Shown: positions 39,243-48,861, counted from the first letter of the stretch. The stretch is 64,000 bases of DNA from Minisyncoccota bacterium (GCA_041664245.1 JBAYLC010000002.1:75593-139592); one strand, 5' to 3'. Numbers and translations are program-made. The notes: generated by a model not told the origin, from the letters alone.

Positions 39243-39468
39243 CGACCTTCTCCGGCCCACTTCCTCCTTTGCTAAAGCTTCGGATGGGCACAGCGATACT
39301 GCGCTGACTCTATAGCCCCGCTACATCGGGACACGTGATTTTTATATCATAGTCCCTCACATTCCCTCGACACGGCTCGGGACAAGCCGTTCGGGACAGT
39401 TGATTTTGCGAACGCTTCGCGCGGCAAAATCTAACTGCTGTGTTCTTCGGTCTGGTACTAAAACCTCG
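39243..39468 (-). ncRNA. Candidate structured RNA/leader containing palindromic repeats
   Basis: Begins just after the TATAAT of repeat C; nested stems GACC/GGTC, CACAGC/GCTGTG, GATTTTGC/GCAAAATC, GTCCC/GGGAC. Confidence 0.45.
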
Positions 39469-39472
39469 CAAG

Positions 39473-39529
39473 TATTATAAGGATTTCTTTGGGGTCGGAA
39501 TAGGGGAGGGAACGACCCGTCTCGGTCGC
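39473..39529 (-). repeat. 55-bp promoter-containing repeat, copy C
   Basis: TATTATAAGGATTTCTTTGGGGTCGGAATAGGGGAGGGAACGACCCGTCTC. Confidence 0.85.
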
Positions 39530-39662
39530 ACCGTCAAATGAGACAAATGAGACATATTCGAGAGGCATTTAGGTTTCTGTTGAATTTGACAAATAAGAGA
39601 TTTTCGTTTATAATCTCTCTTAGTAAACTTTACATTGTTTTATAACGAAAGGAGAAATAGGT

Positions 39663-40643
39663 ATGAGCGAAAAAGCGAAGATTCACTTCCGGAACAGGTC
39701 GTTTATGGCTCGAGTGACTGATAAGGGAGACGAACCGATTCAGTGCACTCCCGTGGTGTACGACGAAGCGTACAACTTCGGTGTCGGTGTGTTTTATGAA
39801 GATGGCAAGGGGCAGGTTTGGGGCATGGTAACGCCTCGAAATCTTATCGCTGCCTGGCGGGCTACGGAGATACTTCGTCATCTCGATGTTATCGAACCCG
39901 GAACACTCTGTTGCGCCTACTACACTGGTATGCGTGATCCACACGAGTCTGACATGAAATCTCGTATCGAGCCGACAATTGCGAAGATCGGACGAGCGAC
40001 GTATGACGCAATTATGTCGATGCCCGTGCCCGAGCAAATTGTGAGGGCAATTCTGGACAACCAGAAAGACGATTTTGCGCCGTCTCTCTATCCTATCACC
40101 GAGGAGGTGCGAGCCGGAACGATTCAATGGCGACAGGAATTCGCTGACGTTGGGATTAGTCATCCCGATGCGATTGATGCTGCCGAAAGAGCTCGAGAAG
40201 AGACGATCGTCAAGTTTGAACGGCTACTCACTTCTTATGCTGGCTCGCGGAATCTTTCGCGTGAGTGCATGGGGATGGGTTATGTGGAAAGTGCTCTGTT
40301 GGCGCTCGTTGATAAGAGCGCGAATCGGACACATCCCGACCACGTGCTGGTTGCACTGGCAGGTGTCGTGAGCGAACTCGCCGTCTCTGAATTTTCAATG
40401 GTTATGGTGCCCTTTGGTCTGCATGGTCATGACGCAGTTAGGACACACATGGACAGAACAAAGGAAGAGGCGATTAAACACTCCGCCGGATGGCTCATTT
40501 CCAGTTCGAAGCCTTCGGGCTTAGCGCGATTTGCTTTCTGGAGGCGTCAACCAGCGTCATTCACCCCGGGAAGCGCAGCAGAACTTCTTCGTAGGTTATT
40601 GGACGAGTATTTTCCTCCGAAGTCGGAAGTGGCTGCTACGTAG
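39663..40643 (+). CDS. Hypothetical protein, visibly GC-richer than its neighbours
   Basis: 326-aa ORF with TTGACA-17-TATAAT, AAGGAG SD and a terminator at 40675-40703. Confidence 0.8.
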   Translation: MSEKAKIHFRNRSFMARVTDKGDEPIQCTPVVYDEAYNFGVGVFYEDGKGQVWGMVTPRNLIAAWRATEILRHLDVIEPGTLCCAYYTGMRDPHESDMKSRIEPTIAKIGRATYDAIMSMPVPEQIVRAILDNQKDDFAPSLYPITEEVRAGTIQWRQEFADVGISHPDAIDAAERAREETIVKFERLLTSYAGSRNLSRECMGMGYVESALLALVDKSANRTHPDHVLVALAGVVSELAVSEFSMVMVPFGLHGHDAVRTHMDRTKEEAIKHSAGWLISSSKPSGLARFAFWRRQPASFTPGSAAELLRRLLDEYFPPKSEVAAT

Positions 40644-40674
40644 TACAACAAAGGTTGAACGGAATAGTTGCATG

Positions 40675-40703
40675 AGGGCGTCTTGAAAGAGACGCTCTTT
40701 TTT
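40675..40703 (+). terminator. Intrinsic terminator
   Basis: GAGGGCGTCTT-GAAA-GAGACGCTCTT followed by a T run. Confidence 0.8.
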
Positions 40704-40906
40704 TCTTTTTTGAATACGGCGCTCAGCCGGTATGACGTGGATGGTACGGAGTGCCCTCGCTCTTCAGTTATCGACGCTCCTCGAGCGGGATAACCTATCA
40801 CGAGGTGGCTGACCAAGTCGAGCTTGAACCCCAACGGATCAAACCCAGCAAGGCGATTTTGGGTAGTTTCATTTTACCATTTTGACGCGTCTCGAGCACT
40901 CGGATC

Positions 40907-41623
40907 TTAGTCTATTTTGAAGACCGAATGATCATGTCCGTTAATTGAGGCGAAAAGATGACCAAATCTCGGTGCAAAGAAGTCTTTTAGTTTCTCCATC
41001 TCGCCATTGTTTCTGTAAGCCATATCTGCATACTCAATTTTACTTTTTTCCGTAAGTTCTTCAATTTTTCCGTCAAGTTTTTTAATATCCAGGCTTAATT
41101 CTTGAGCATTTTTTTTAATCAACGATAATGCATTTGCTCTGGTTATATCAAAATTTCTCGCTGTTCTTTCATGCGTGTGTTTGTCCCTAAACTTAGTTGC
41201 TTCCTTGAGGCCACTCATCACATTATTTTTAAGATGATCTAATAAACGATTAGCATCATTTGGATTCGCAAGGTTATATCTAGATAAATCATTTTTAAGA
41301 GAACCGATTATTCCCATTATTCTTTCCTTTAAAATATAAATGTCTTGCATATAAGAATACCAATGATACTCAACTGCTTCCGATTTTGAAATTGCCTCAG
41401 ATGTAGGATAAAATTCCAAAAAATACAAGGGGTACCTCCCTATTTTCCTTAAAACAGAATCCAACTCAAGTATTTTTTCGAAATAGAATTTTGCTCTTTT
41501 TTCCTGCCAGCTTTTAGGTTTCATGTTACCTAGAAGAACATCTAATGGGAAGTTATTTGGAAAATAGTTCGTTAATATTTGAAATTTTGTTATTTCTGGC
41601 ATGGGCAAAGAATTATGTCTCAT
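40907..41623 (-). CDS. Putative HEPN-domain RNase (Cthe_2314-like)
   Basis: Rx4H motif RDKHTH plus upstream helix EYHWYSYMQDIYILKER; AT-rich. Confidence 0.6.
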   Translation of the reverse strand: MRHNSLPMPEITKFQILTNYFPNNFPLDVLLGNMKPKSWQEKRAKFYFEKILELDSVLRKIGRYPLYFLEFYPTSEAISKSEAVEYHWYSYMQDIYILKERIMGIIGSLKNDLSRYNLANPNDANRLLDHLKNNVMSGLKEATKFRDKHTHERTARNFDITRANALSLIKKNAQELSLDIKKLDGKIEELTEKSKIEYADMAYRNNGEMEKLKDFFAPRFGHLFASINGHDHSVFKID

Positions 41624-41646
41624 CGACGTTCCTCGGACGCAAAAAT

Positions 41647-42531
41647 TTAAGATGGCCTATCATTAAACTGCTCATCAAATTGTTGATTGAGCGTTTTATC
41701 GGTTCGTATATCGAATGTCGGTTCGTTATTAACAATGAGTGGACGTCCCAAAATCGCGATAAAATTCTCTAAGTCCACGCCGGAAGAAAGTTTTAGTAAT
41801 TTTTTATATTCAGTTTGAATATCTGCTACATCTTGCATTGAAGATTCAGATATAGCTCTAACTTGATTATAGTCTGGTCCGACTAAATATTTTCTCAGCA
41901 CGACATTGTTAAAGCCCTCGCCTGGGGCTGTTATGTAGATTGTATTTATAATGCTATTTTTTCTGAAGGTTACCACTGTCAAATTCGTTGGATCAATTTT
42001 CTTATTGGATAGGAAAAAATCCAATGAATTATTATCGAAATCTAGATAACCACTTTCATTAGCTGCGAAAAAGAAAGATTGATAATTGCCTGGATTCCCG
42101 TGGTAGTATTCTTCGTGATAATAAAAATCGTGCGCCCCAAGATAGGCGAATATGTTATCGGGAGTACCAATGTCTGAAAATTTTGTTTTCCCTAAGATAA
42201 TTGTTTTAGCTCCTGATTCAAATTTTGTTTCATCGCTAGGATTTTTAGAGTCAGCGTAATAAAGATCTTGAAGGATAGTAAAAGACGGCGTGAAATTTTT
42301 GTTCCTAACAGTGATTCCATACGCTAAAACTTTATCCGCGCTGTCGGTTAATGCTTGGACGTAATAATATTTGGAACCGAATATATATTCTTTGACTGGT
42401 GGAGGCGGGATTGGGTGCGGGGAAAATCTATCATACAAGGTATAAACGCCGACCACCGCACCTACCAAAACTGCAAGACCTCCTACGATACCCCAAAATA
42501 TATTCCACGCCCTTAAGATTTTCTTCCACAT
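41647..42531 (-). CDS. Membrane-anchored protein, ETEC_3214-like
   Basis: N-terminal TM helix; YYVQALTD..KVLAYGITVR, YHEEYYHGNPGNYQ. Confidence 0.55.
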   Translation of the reverse strand: MWKKILRAWNIFWGIVGGLAVLVGAVVGVYTLYDRFSPHPIPPPPVKEYIFGSKYYYVQALTDSADKVLAYGITVRNKNFTPSFTILQDLYYADSKNPSDETKFESGAKTIILGKTKFSDIGTPDNIFAYLGAHDFYYHEEYYHGNPGNYQSFFFAANESGYLDFDNNSLDFFLSNKKIDPTNLTVVTFRKNSIINTIYITAPGEGFNNVVLRKYLVGPDYNQVRAISESSMQDVADIQTEYKKLLKLSSGVDLENFIAILGRPLIVNNEPTFDIRTDKTLNQQFDEQFNDRPS

Positions 42532-42607
42532 GATAGTTGCCTTTGTTTATGCTCTTCGGACTCCGAATTTATCTCAAGGTGGCTGCCGAGGTTTTATTTG
42601 ACCGCTT

Positions 42608-43588
42608 TTACGTATTTTCAAATATATCCCTTAGAAAAGAGTGGTATTTTTCGGCTATATCTATTCGCCACTTTTCTTTTTCGGAAAGCATATATTGATA
42701 AGGCCACATTATTAATTCGCAATAGATAATCAAAAATTTGTCTTGCTCTCTCGGCAGTTTTTCTTTGGTGGCCTCTTCGTAGCCACACAGGACTTCTTCA
42801 AAAGCGTCCTTACCTAAAAATGCGTAGATATCGGAAGCCACCCGATAAATGTTTATAAATCTATATCCATGCAGCCAGTCTTCCTTTGGGGAATAAGTAT
42901 CCATCGGCAAAAGAGTGCCGTTTATATACGCCGCGTTATCAGCGTGAATATCGAGACACAATCCGACTAAGTCTTTTGAATTTTTAAATTCCTCCCTGTG
43001 GCTCTCCAGAAATTTTTTTACGTAATCTAAATATTTTTTTGCTTCATCAACCGGAACTTCTTTTACACCGGTTGCCCAAGCGACTAGGTCTTTATAACGC
43101 GGAATAAAATCATCGTACAAATCATAGGGAAATATTCGCTGTATTTTGATGATTCTTTGTCCGAGTTGAAATCCGATCTGATGGCAATCCTCTTTAGAAA
43201 TACGATTATCAATAAGTTTTTTCAGTAAGCCGTCGGACGCGCTCACTTTATTCATGACAATTACTAGCTCTTCAGATTCATCGGAGGACTCGGTGAATTT
43301 GGCAGTATCGCCATCTAGTGTTACTCCTTTTAGTTCCGTGTATATTTCCGGGCTTAGTTTATTATTCCATTCAAAATCTTTACGGGTAAAAGTAAAGCGG
43401 CCTGATTTTTGGGAAAGGTCGTTAAAATTCTCGTTGAAAAATTGATTATCGCTTTTGTAGATTTTATAGACCACGTTTTTAAAAATAAAAACGTTGGATA
43501 TGGCGGTTACAATATGTTGAGGAATTTCGGACTTGCTACCGCTTAATTTACCTTCGGCGAATGCTTCAACTAAGTTCATGTTACTCAA
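42608..43588 (-). CDS. Aminoglycoside-phosphotransferase-like kinase
   Basis: TAISNVF..VYKIYK, EWNNKLSPEIY, DIHADN catalytic loop, MDT. Confidence 0.7.
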   Translation of the reverse strand: MSNMNLVEAFAEGKLSGSKSEIPQHIVTAISNVFIFKNVVYKIYKSDNQFFNENFNDLSQKSGRFTFTRKDFEWNNKLSPEIYTELKGVTLDGDTAKFTESSDESEELVIVMNKVSASDGLLKKLIDNRISKEDCHQIGFQLGQRIIKIQRIFPYDLYDDFIPRYKDLVAWATGVKEVPVDEAKKYLDYVKKFLESHREEFKNSKDLVGLCLDIHADNAAYINGTLLPMDTYSPKEDWLHGYRFINIYRVASDIYAFLGKDAFEEVLCGYEEATKEKLPREQDKFLIIYCELIMWPYQYMLSEKEKWRIDIAEKYHSFLRDIFENT

Positions 43589-44345
43589 TAGAAACTAATC
43601 TTCTATTTTTTCGATCGAAGCCGACCGTTTTTGTTTTTTCCCTAAAAGTAATTTTAAAAAAGACAATGTCGCTATTTTCATTTTCGGCGCTTGGGTCTTG
43701 AATTGATATTTCCATCACTTCCGCATTTTTTAGCGTTGGTTCTTCGGGGTGTTTTAAATCAAAAATTTCATCAAGAAAGGGATTAAGAACTTCAAAGTGG
43801 GTAACTCCTACAAAGTGAGGTTTGGGAAGTTCTTTGTGTTTAGCTACTACTTTAAAGGCTCGGATGGCGTATTCTAAATTAGAAAAAAATCTTTTTTGGA
43901 TTTCGTCTCGCGGTTCCCATATTTTGGCGTCATCAAATCTTGGGTCGTGAGTATAGGCGTAATCGACAGCAGGCACTCCGCCCTCAGCGATAAGTTCTTG
44001 AATCATTTCGTTTCCTTTTTGTTTATCTCTCATCGCCATACTGGTGATGCCAGGGACAGTTCTGATTTTTTTGTCGGTTTTCAATACTTCTTTGATTATT
44101 CCAGCCGTTCCTTGAGCGCGAACTTTGTCGGATGCCATAAGGAAAACCTCCTCGTCTTCCTTTAGGTTGGCGGCTATCTGTTCGGCTGATTTTCGGACCG
44201 TTTCCTTGCCTTCTTCGGTTACGTCCGGGTAGATATCTGTATATTCAGTTTGGCCGTGTCTTAGAAGGGTAATACGGCCAATGAATTTTGGTTCTTTCTC
44301 CTGTTCTATTGAATTTTTTTGATTATTGAATTGTTCTGGGGGCAT
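43581..44345 (-). CDS. Histidine phosphatase family protein
   Basis: LLRHGQT, SDKVRAQGTA, GVTH. Confidence 0.88.
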   Translation of the reverse strand: MPPEQFNNQKNSIEQEKEPKFIGRITLLRHGQTEYTDIYPDVTEEGKETVRKSAEQIAANLKEDEEVFLMASDKVRAQGTAGIIKEVLKTDKKIRTVPGITSMAMRDKQKGNEMIQELIAEGGVPAVDYAYTHDPRFDDAKIWEPRDEIQKRFFSNLEYAIRAFKVVAKHKELPKPHFVGVTHFEVLNPFLDEIFDLKHPEEPTLKNAEVMEISIQDPSAENENSDIVFFKITFREKTKTVGFDRKNRRLVSIE

Positions 44346-44394
44346 TGGGTTAGCGTGATTTTAGTTTAACGTCTAAATTTTTTAATTCCCAGTA

Positions 44395-44468
44395 TGGCTG
44401 GGAGGGAAGGAATCGGACCTTCATGCCATGGTTCAGAGCCATGTATCCTACCATTAGATGACCTCCCA
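44395..44468 (-). tRNA. tRNA-Gln(CUG)
   Basis: Acceptor TGGGAGG/CCTCCCA, CATGG-CT-CTG-AA-CCATG anticodon arm, T loop TCCGATT, encoded CCA. Confidence 0.95.
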
Positions 44469-44625
44469 GCGATACTGATAATTTTTTAAAAATTCAGGCG
44501 GGGCCATTAGATGACCCGGCATTACTTGAATTTAGAATATAGATTTGAGAATTAATGTTTACAAATAAGGAGAATCTATGTTCTTCCGCATTATGCTATA
44601 ATAAATGTTGTAAAGTTTCAATTTT

Positions 44626-45876
44626 ATGGCAAAAGCGAGTCCACAAGAAGTTAAAGAGCTGAAGTTGGAGATTGAAAAAAATCTCACGAAACCACTCGAG
44701 GATGTTTCTATCGTCAGCCTAGTCGGCTTGTTTGTTAAATACGCCTATATGGCGGGAGCGTCGGATGTTCACCTTGATCCGACGGAAGATAGGATTCGAG
44801 TGCGATTCAGAATTGACGGTATGCTCCATGATATTTTTAACCAGATTGCCATTTCCAAAGAATTACACCAAGAAATTATTAGCCGGATAAAAGTTATCTC
44901 GGGTTTGAGGACTGACGAACATTTTTTACCGCAAGATGGGCGGTTTAAGGTGGAGACGGACGAAAAAGAAAACGTGGACGTGCGGGTTTCAATCGCGCCG
45001 ACTTATCACGGCGAAAACGCGGTCCTTAGAATTTTAGCCGAGACGCAATCTTTCAAATTAGAAGACTTGGGATTTTCGGAAGATGAACTAAAGAAAGTAC
45101 AGAAGGCGATTAAAAAGCCGTACGGAATGATTTTGGCGAACGGGCCGACGGGTTCGGGAAAAAGCACGACGCTTTACACGATTCTAAAACAGTTGAACGT
45201 GCCGGAGGTTTCGATTGTGACGGTGGAAGACCCAATTGAGTATTCACAAGACGGACTTTCCCAGATTCAGGTGGATTCTAAAGTCGGGTTGACTTTCGCT
45301 TCGGGACTGCGGTCAATCTTGCGGCAAGACCCGAATGTTATTATGGTCGGGGAAATTCGTGATCAAGAAACGGCGGGAATTTCGGTGAACGCGGCTTTGA
45401 CCGGCCACTTGGTGCTCTCAACTTTACATACTAATGATGCGGCGACAACTTTTCCGCGACTTTTGGATATGGGCGTGCCGCCGTTTTTGATTGCTTCCAC
45501 AGTTAACATCGCCATGGGCCAACGGCTCATCAGAAAAATTTGTGAGAATTGTAAAGTCAAAAGAGAGTTTACCGAGGCCGAGATGCAGGGCATCGTGGAA
45601 ATGGTGCCGCAAGTGAAAGACCATAATTTGGTTTTTTACATCGGAAAGGGATGTGATGTTTGTAACGGCATAGGTTATAAGGGTCGGGTGGGAATCCGCG
45701 AAGTTATTGAAGTCAATCGGGAGATTCGCGATTTAATTATGAACCGCGCCAACGCAGACCAGATTAAAGAAGCGGCGATTAAGAATGGAATGAGAACGAT
45801 GTTTCAGAATGGAATTGAGCAGGCCCTAGACGGAGTTACATCTCTTGAAGAAATTTTGAGGATTATTCATGAATAG
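44626..45876 (+). CDS. pilB: Type IV pilus/T2SS assembly ATPase (PilB/GspE, lacking the N-terminal domain)
   Basis: ASDVH, PQDGR, GPTGSGKS, EDPIE, LRQDP, TGHLVLSTLH, Zn-binding Cys residues. Confidence 0.92.
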   Translation: MAKASPQEVKELKLEIEKNLTKPLEDVSIVSLVGLFVKYAYMAGASDVHLDPTEDRIRVRFRIDGMLHDIFNQIAISKELHQEIISRIKVISGLRTDEHFLPQDGRFKVETDEKENVDVRVSIAPTYHGENAVLRILAETQSFKLEDLGFSEDELKKVQKAIKKPYGMILANGPTGSGKSTTLYTILKQLNVPEVSIVTVEDPIEYSQDGLSQIQVDSKVGLTFASGLRSILRQDPNVIMVGEIRDQETAGISVNAALTGHLVLSTLHTNDAATTFPRLLDMGVPPFLIASTVNIAMGQRLIRKICENCKVKREFTEAEMQGIVEMVPQVKDHNLVFYIGKGCDVCNGIGYKGRVGIREVIEVNREIRDLIMNRANADQIKEAAIKNGMRTMFQNGIEQALDGVTSLEEILRIIHE

Positions 45877-46954
45877 AAAATTATCTCGCCGGCGTTTTGG
45901 CTCTTTTTTTGAAAGATTGCCCGTGCAAGATCGGATTAATTTTGCGCGGCATCTTTCGATTGTGATTAAAGCCGGGTTGCCGATTGTTGAGGGTCTTAAG
46001 ATCATACGGAGCCAGTCAACTTCAAAGGTGCTAATAAGGATATTGGATGACTTAATTCAAAGCGTGGAGATGGGACAGTCGCTCGCCGATGGCTTGGAAG
46101 CTTACAAGCATTTATTCGGCGGGTTTTTTATAAATATTATTAGGGTGGGGGAGACGAGCGGAACTTTGAGCCAGAATTTAATTTATCTGGCGGAAGAATT
46201 GAAAAAAGACAAAGAACTTAAAAGTAAGATTAAGTCGGCGATGGTCTATCCAATGGTTATTTTAGTGGCGACGGTGTCGATTGTGGGGTTTTTGACTTAC
46301 GTGGTTTTCCCAAAAATTATTCCAGTTTTTACCGGACTTAATATCAAGTTGCCGGCGACGACCAGATTTTTGATGGGCTTTTTGGATTTTTCAAAAGATT
46401 ACGGAGCGTACGCAGTCGCTGGGCTTATAATTTTAGCAATTATTTTTAAAATACTTTTGAAATATGAGTGGTTCAAGTATTATTTTGATCGGGCGATTTT
46501 TTTCGTGCCAGCGCTTTCGGGACTAGTTATAAATATTAATATGGCTAATTTTTCCCGAATTATGGGGTTACTTCTAAAAAGCGGAATCAGAATAGTCGAG
46601 GCGGTGACGGTGACGAGTAACACTTTTGATAATGTGGTGTATAAAAGAATTTTGGGTGGAGCGAATGACGAAATTAGAAAAGGAGAACAGCTGGCTCATT
46701 ATTTAGTTGACCATCAAAAGTTTTTTCCGCTTTTACTTTGCGGAATGATAAGAATTGGAGAAAACACCGGTAATTTGGAGGACAATCTTTTCTATCTGTC
46801 GGAATATTACTCAGAGGAGGTGGATAATAAGATAAAAAATTTAACTGGACTTCTGGAACCGGTGATGCTTCTTTTGATGGGGATTTTTGTCGGATTTGTG
46901 GCGATTTCAATAATCACACCGATTTATTCGATTTCACAAGGATTGGCGAGCTAA
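45869..46954 (+). CDS. pilC: Pilus platform protein PilC/GspF
   Basis: Two T2SSF repeats: GETSGTL, KSAMVYP, GENTGNL, LLEP. Confidence 0.92.
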   Translation: MNRKLSRRRFGSFFERLPVQDRINFARHLSIVIKAGLPIVEGLKIIRSQSTSKVLIRILDDLIQSVEMGQSLADGLEAYKHLFGGFFINIIRVGETSGTLSQNLIYLAEELKKDKELKSKIKSAMVYPMVILVATVSIVGFLTYVVFPKIIPVFTGLNIKLPATTRFLMGFLDFSKDYGAYAVAGLIILAIIFKILLKYEWFKYYFDRAIFFVPALSGLVININMANFSRIMGLLLKSGIRIVEAVTVTSNTFDNVVYKRILGGANDEIRKGEQLAHYLVDHQKFFPLLLCGMIRIGENTGNLEDNLFYLSEYYSEEVDNKIKNLTGLLEPVMLLLMGIFVGFVAISIITPIYSISQGLAS

Positions 46955-47042
46955 CAAGATGTCATGTATCCCACTGTCGCCGAGGCTATGGCGGGTAAGC
47001 AAGTGTTAGGTGTTATGCGATAGGTATCAAGTACCAAGAATC

Positions 47043-48821
47043 ATGTATCAAGTATCAAGATTCGAAAATAAGCGCGGGTTTGGACTTATAGATGTAATTG
47101 TCAGTATCGGAATTATCGCGGTGCTTTTCGGTGGAATTTTTTTAGTTTACTTTTCTATTTTAGATTTAGTGAATAATATTGAATCTCGAACGGCTGCTTC
47201 GGAAGTTTTGAATGGCCAAATTGAGGTGATTAGAAATCTGGCTTATTCCGATGTTGGACTTCAGGGGGGCGCTCCCGCTGGAGTTATTCCTCAGCAAAAA
47301 ACCTTGCAGAACGGGGATTTTATTTTTGTTGTCAACACAGTAATTAGAAATATCGACGATCCGTTTGATGGAACTTTGGGTAGTAACCCGAATGACACAT
47401 CTCCAGCTGACTACAAATTAGTTGAGTTTAAAATCAGTTGTCCAAATTGTAAAAAATTTGTGCCACTTTCGATGACGACCACCGTAGCGCCAAAAAATTT
47501 AGAGGGAGCAAGTACGGCCGGTTCACTTTTTGTAAATGTTTTTGACGCGAATGGGTTGCCGGTGCCGGAGGCGAGCGTACACGTGGTTAATAGTATTGTG
47601 GCACCGACGATTAATCTGACTGACGCGACAAATAATAACGGGATTCTCCAATTAGTGGGGGTGCCGACCAGTTCCCAATCTTATCAAATTGATGTTAGTA
47701 AATCAGGATATTCAGCCGAAAAAACATACGCTATCGGCGATCCCTTAAATCCCAACCCGGTAAAGCCGCACGCGACGGTGGCGGTGGGACAAGTGACCCA
47801 GATAAGTTTTGCGATTGATAAGTTGGGAGCTATAAGAACGCGGACTTCGGATTATTTATGTGTTCCAATCGCTAATAAAAATTTTTCGGTTAAGGGCAGT
47901 AAACTTATCGGGACAACGCCGGATGTTTATAAATTTTCAACGAGTTCGACAACGGGAATTGACGGAGAAAAGATAATAAATGGCGTGGAGTGGGATAATT
48001 ATTCATTTACTTTGGCTGACACAGGGAGTGACATTTTGGGAACTATTCCGTTTACGCCGGCAAATTTAAGCCCAAGCTCAACTTTGGATTTTCGATTTGT
48101 TCTTCGGCCCGCTGCGCCGGAGTCGCTTTTAGTAACGGTTAAAGACGCGGCGACTGGCGCGATTTTACCGGAGGCAACGGTAACTCTTTCCAAAGCCGGA
48201 TTTTCAAAAACTCTTATAACCGGCCATAATTATTTAACCCAAACTGATTGGTCGAGTTCTAATTACGACAGCCAAGACGGCGGAGTGGAGACCGAAGCGG
48301 TGCCGGGACGCATAACATTAACGCAAAACGGGGGGATTTATAGCACAACAACGATAAGTTGGTTAGTTTCTAAAACGTTTGATTTAGGGGGAAGCAGTTC
48401 AACTTTTTATTCAATCAGTTGGAGTCCTACAAGCCAGCCGGCGCAGACTGGGGCGGGTAGTTTGCAAATTCAATTGGCGGCAAATAATGATAACGTCACT
48501 TGGAGTTTTATAGGGCCGGACGGAACGGACGACACTTTTTATACGATAAGCAGTTCAACGATCAATCAAATTCACAACGGCAATAGGTATCTGCGATATC
48601 GGGTTTATATGCAAACGGATGATGAAAATTTTACACCCCAACTTAACGATTTAACTATTGAGTTTAATGGCGTTTGCGTGCCGCTGTCGCAGGTTTTGTT
48701 TAATAATTTGAGCGCAGGGGACTATATGATAACCGTAAACGCGAATGGGTATACGGAGGGGTCGAGCTCGGTTGCTATTTCTGGCAACTGGCAGCAGATA
48801 GAAGTTTTGATGTACCACTAA
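47043..48821 (+). CDS. Large minor pilin with carboxypeptidase-regulatory-like domains (PilV-like position)
   Basis: KRG/FGLIDVIV prepilin motif (D at +5); EVIRNLAY; several V.V.D..G.P...A.V domains. Confidence 0.8.
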   Translation: MYQVSRFENKRGFGLIDVIVSIGIIAVLFGGIFLVYFSILDLVNNIESRTAASEVLNGQIEVIRNLAYSDVGLQGGAPAGVIPQQKTLQNGDFIFVVNTVIRNIDDPFDGTLGSNPNDTSPADYKLVEFKISCPNCKKFVPLSMTTTVAPKNLEGASTAGSLFVNVFDANGLPVPEASVHVVNSIVAPTINLTDATNNNGILQLVGVPTSSQSYQIDVSKSGYSAEKTYAIGDPLNPNPVKPHATVAVGQVTQISFAIDKLGAIRTRTSDYLCVPIANKNFSVKGSKLIGTTPDVYKFSTSSTTGIDGEKIINGVEWDNYSFTLADTGSDILGTIPFTPANLSPSSTLDFRFVLRPAAPESLLVTVKDAATGAILPEATVTLSKAGFSKTLITGHNYLTQTDWSSSNYDSQDGGVETEAVPGRITLTQNGGIYSTTTISWLVSKTFDLGGSSSTFYSISWSPTSQPAQTGAGSLQIQLAANNDNVTWSFIGPDGTDDTFYTISSSTINQIHNGNRYLRYRVYMQTDDENFTPQLNDLTIEFNGVCVPLSQVLFNNLSAGDYMITVNANGYTEGSSSVAISGNWQQIEVLMYH

Positions 48822-48861
48822 CGGTGAGGGTTTAGGATTTAAGAATTTAGAATAAATAATT

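Noticed and set aside
39300-39360. Group I intron core (ATAGTCC resembles the S element)
   Set aside because: No proper GACTA P7 partner, no P/Q elements and no interrupted host gene.
30717-44345. Classical integron or prophage
   Set aside because: No integrase, no attC RYYYAAC/GTTRRRY hairpins and no phage structural genes recognised.
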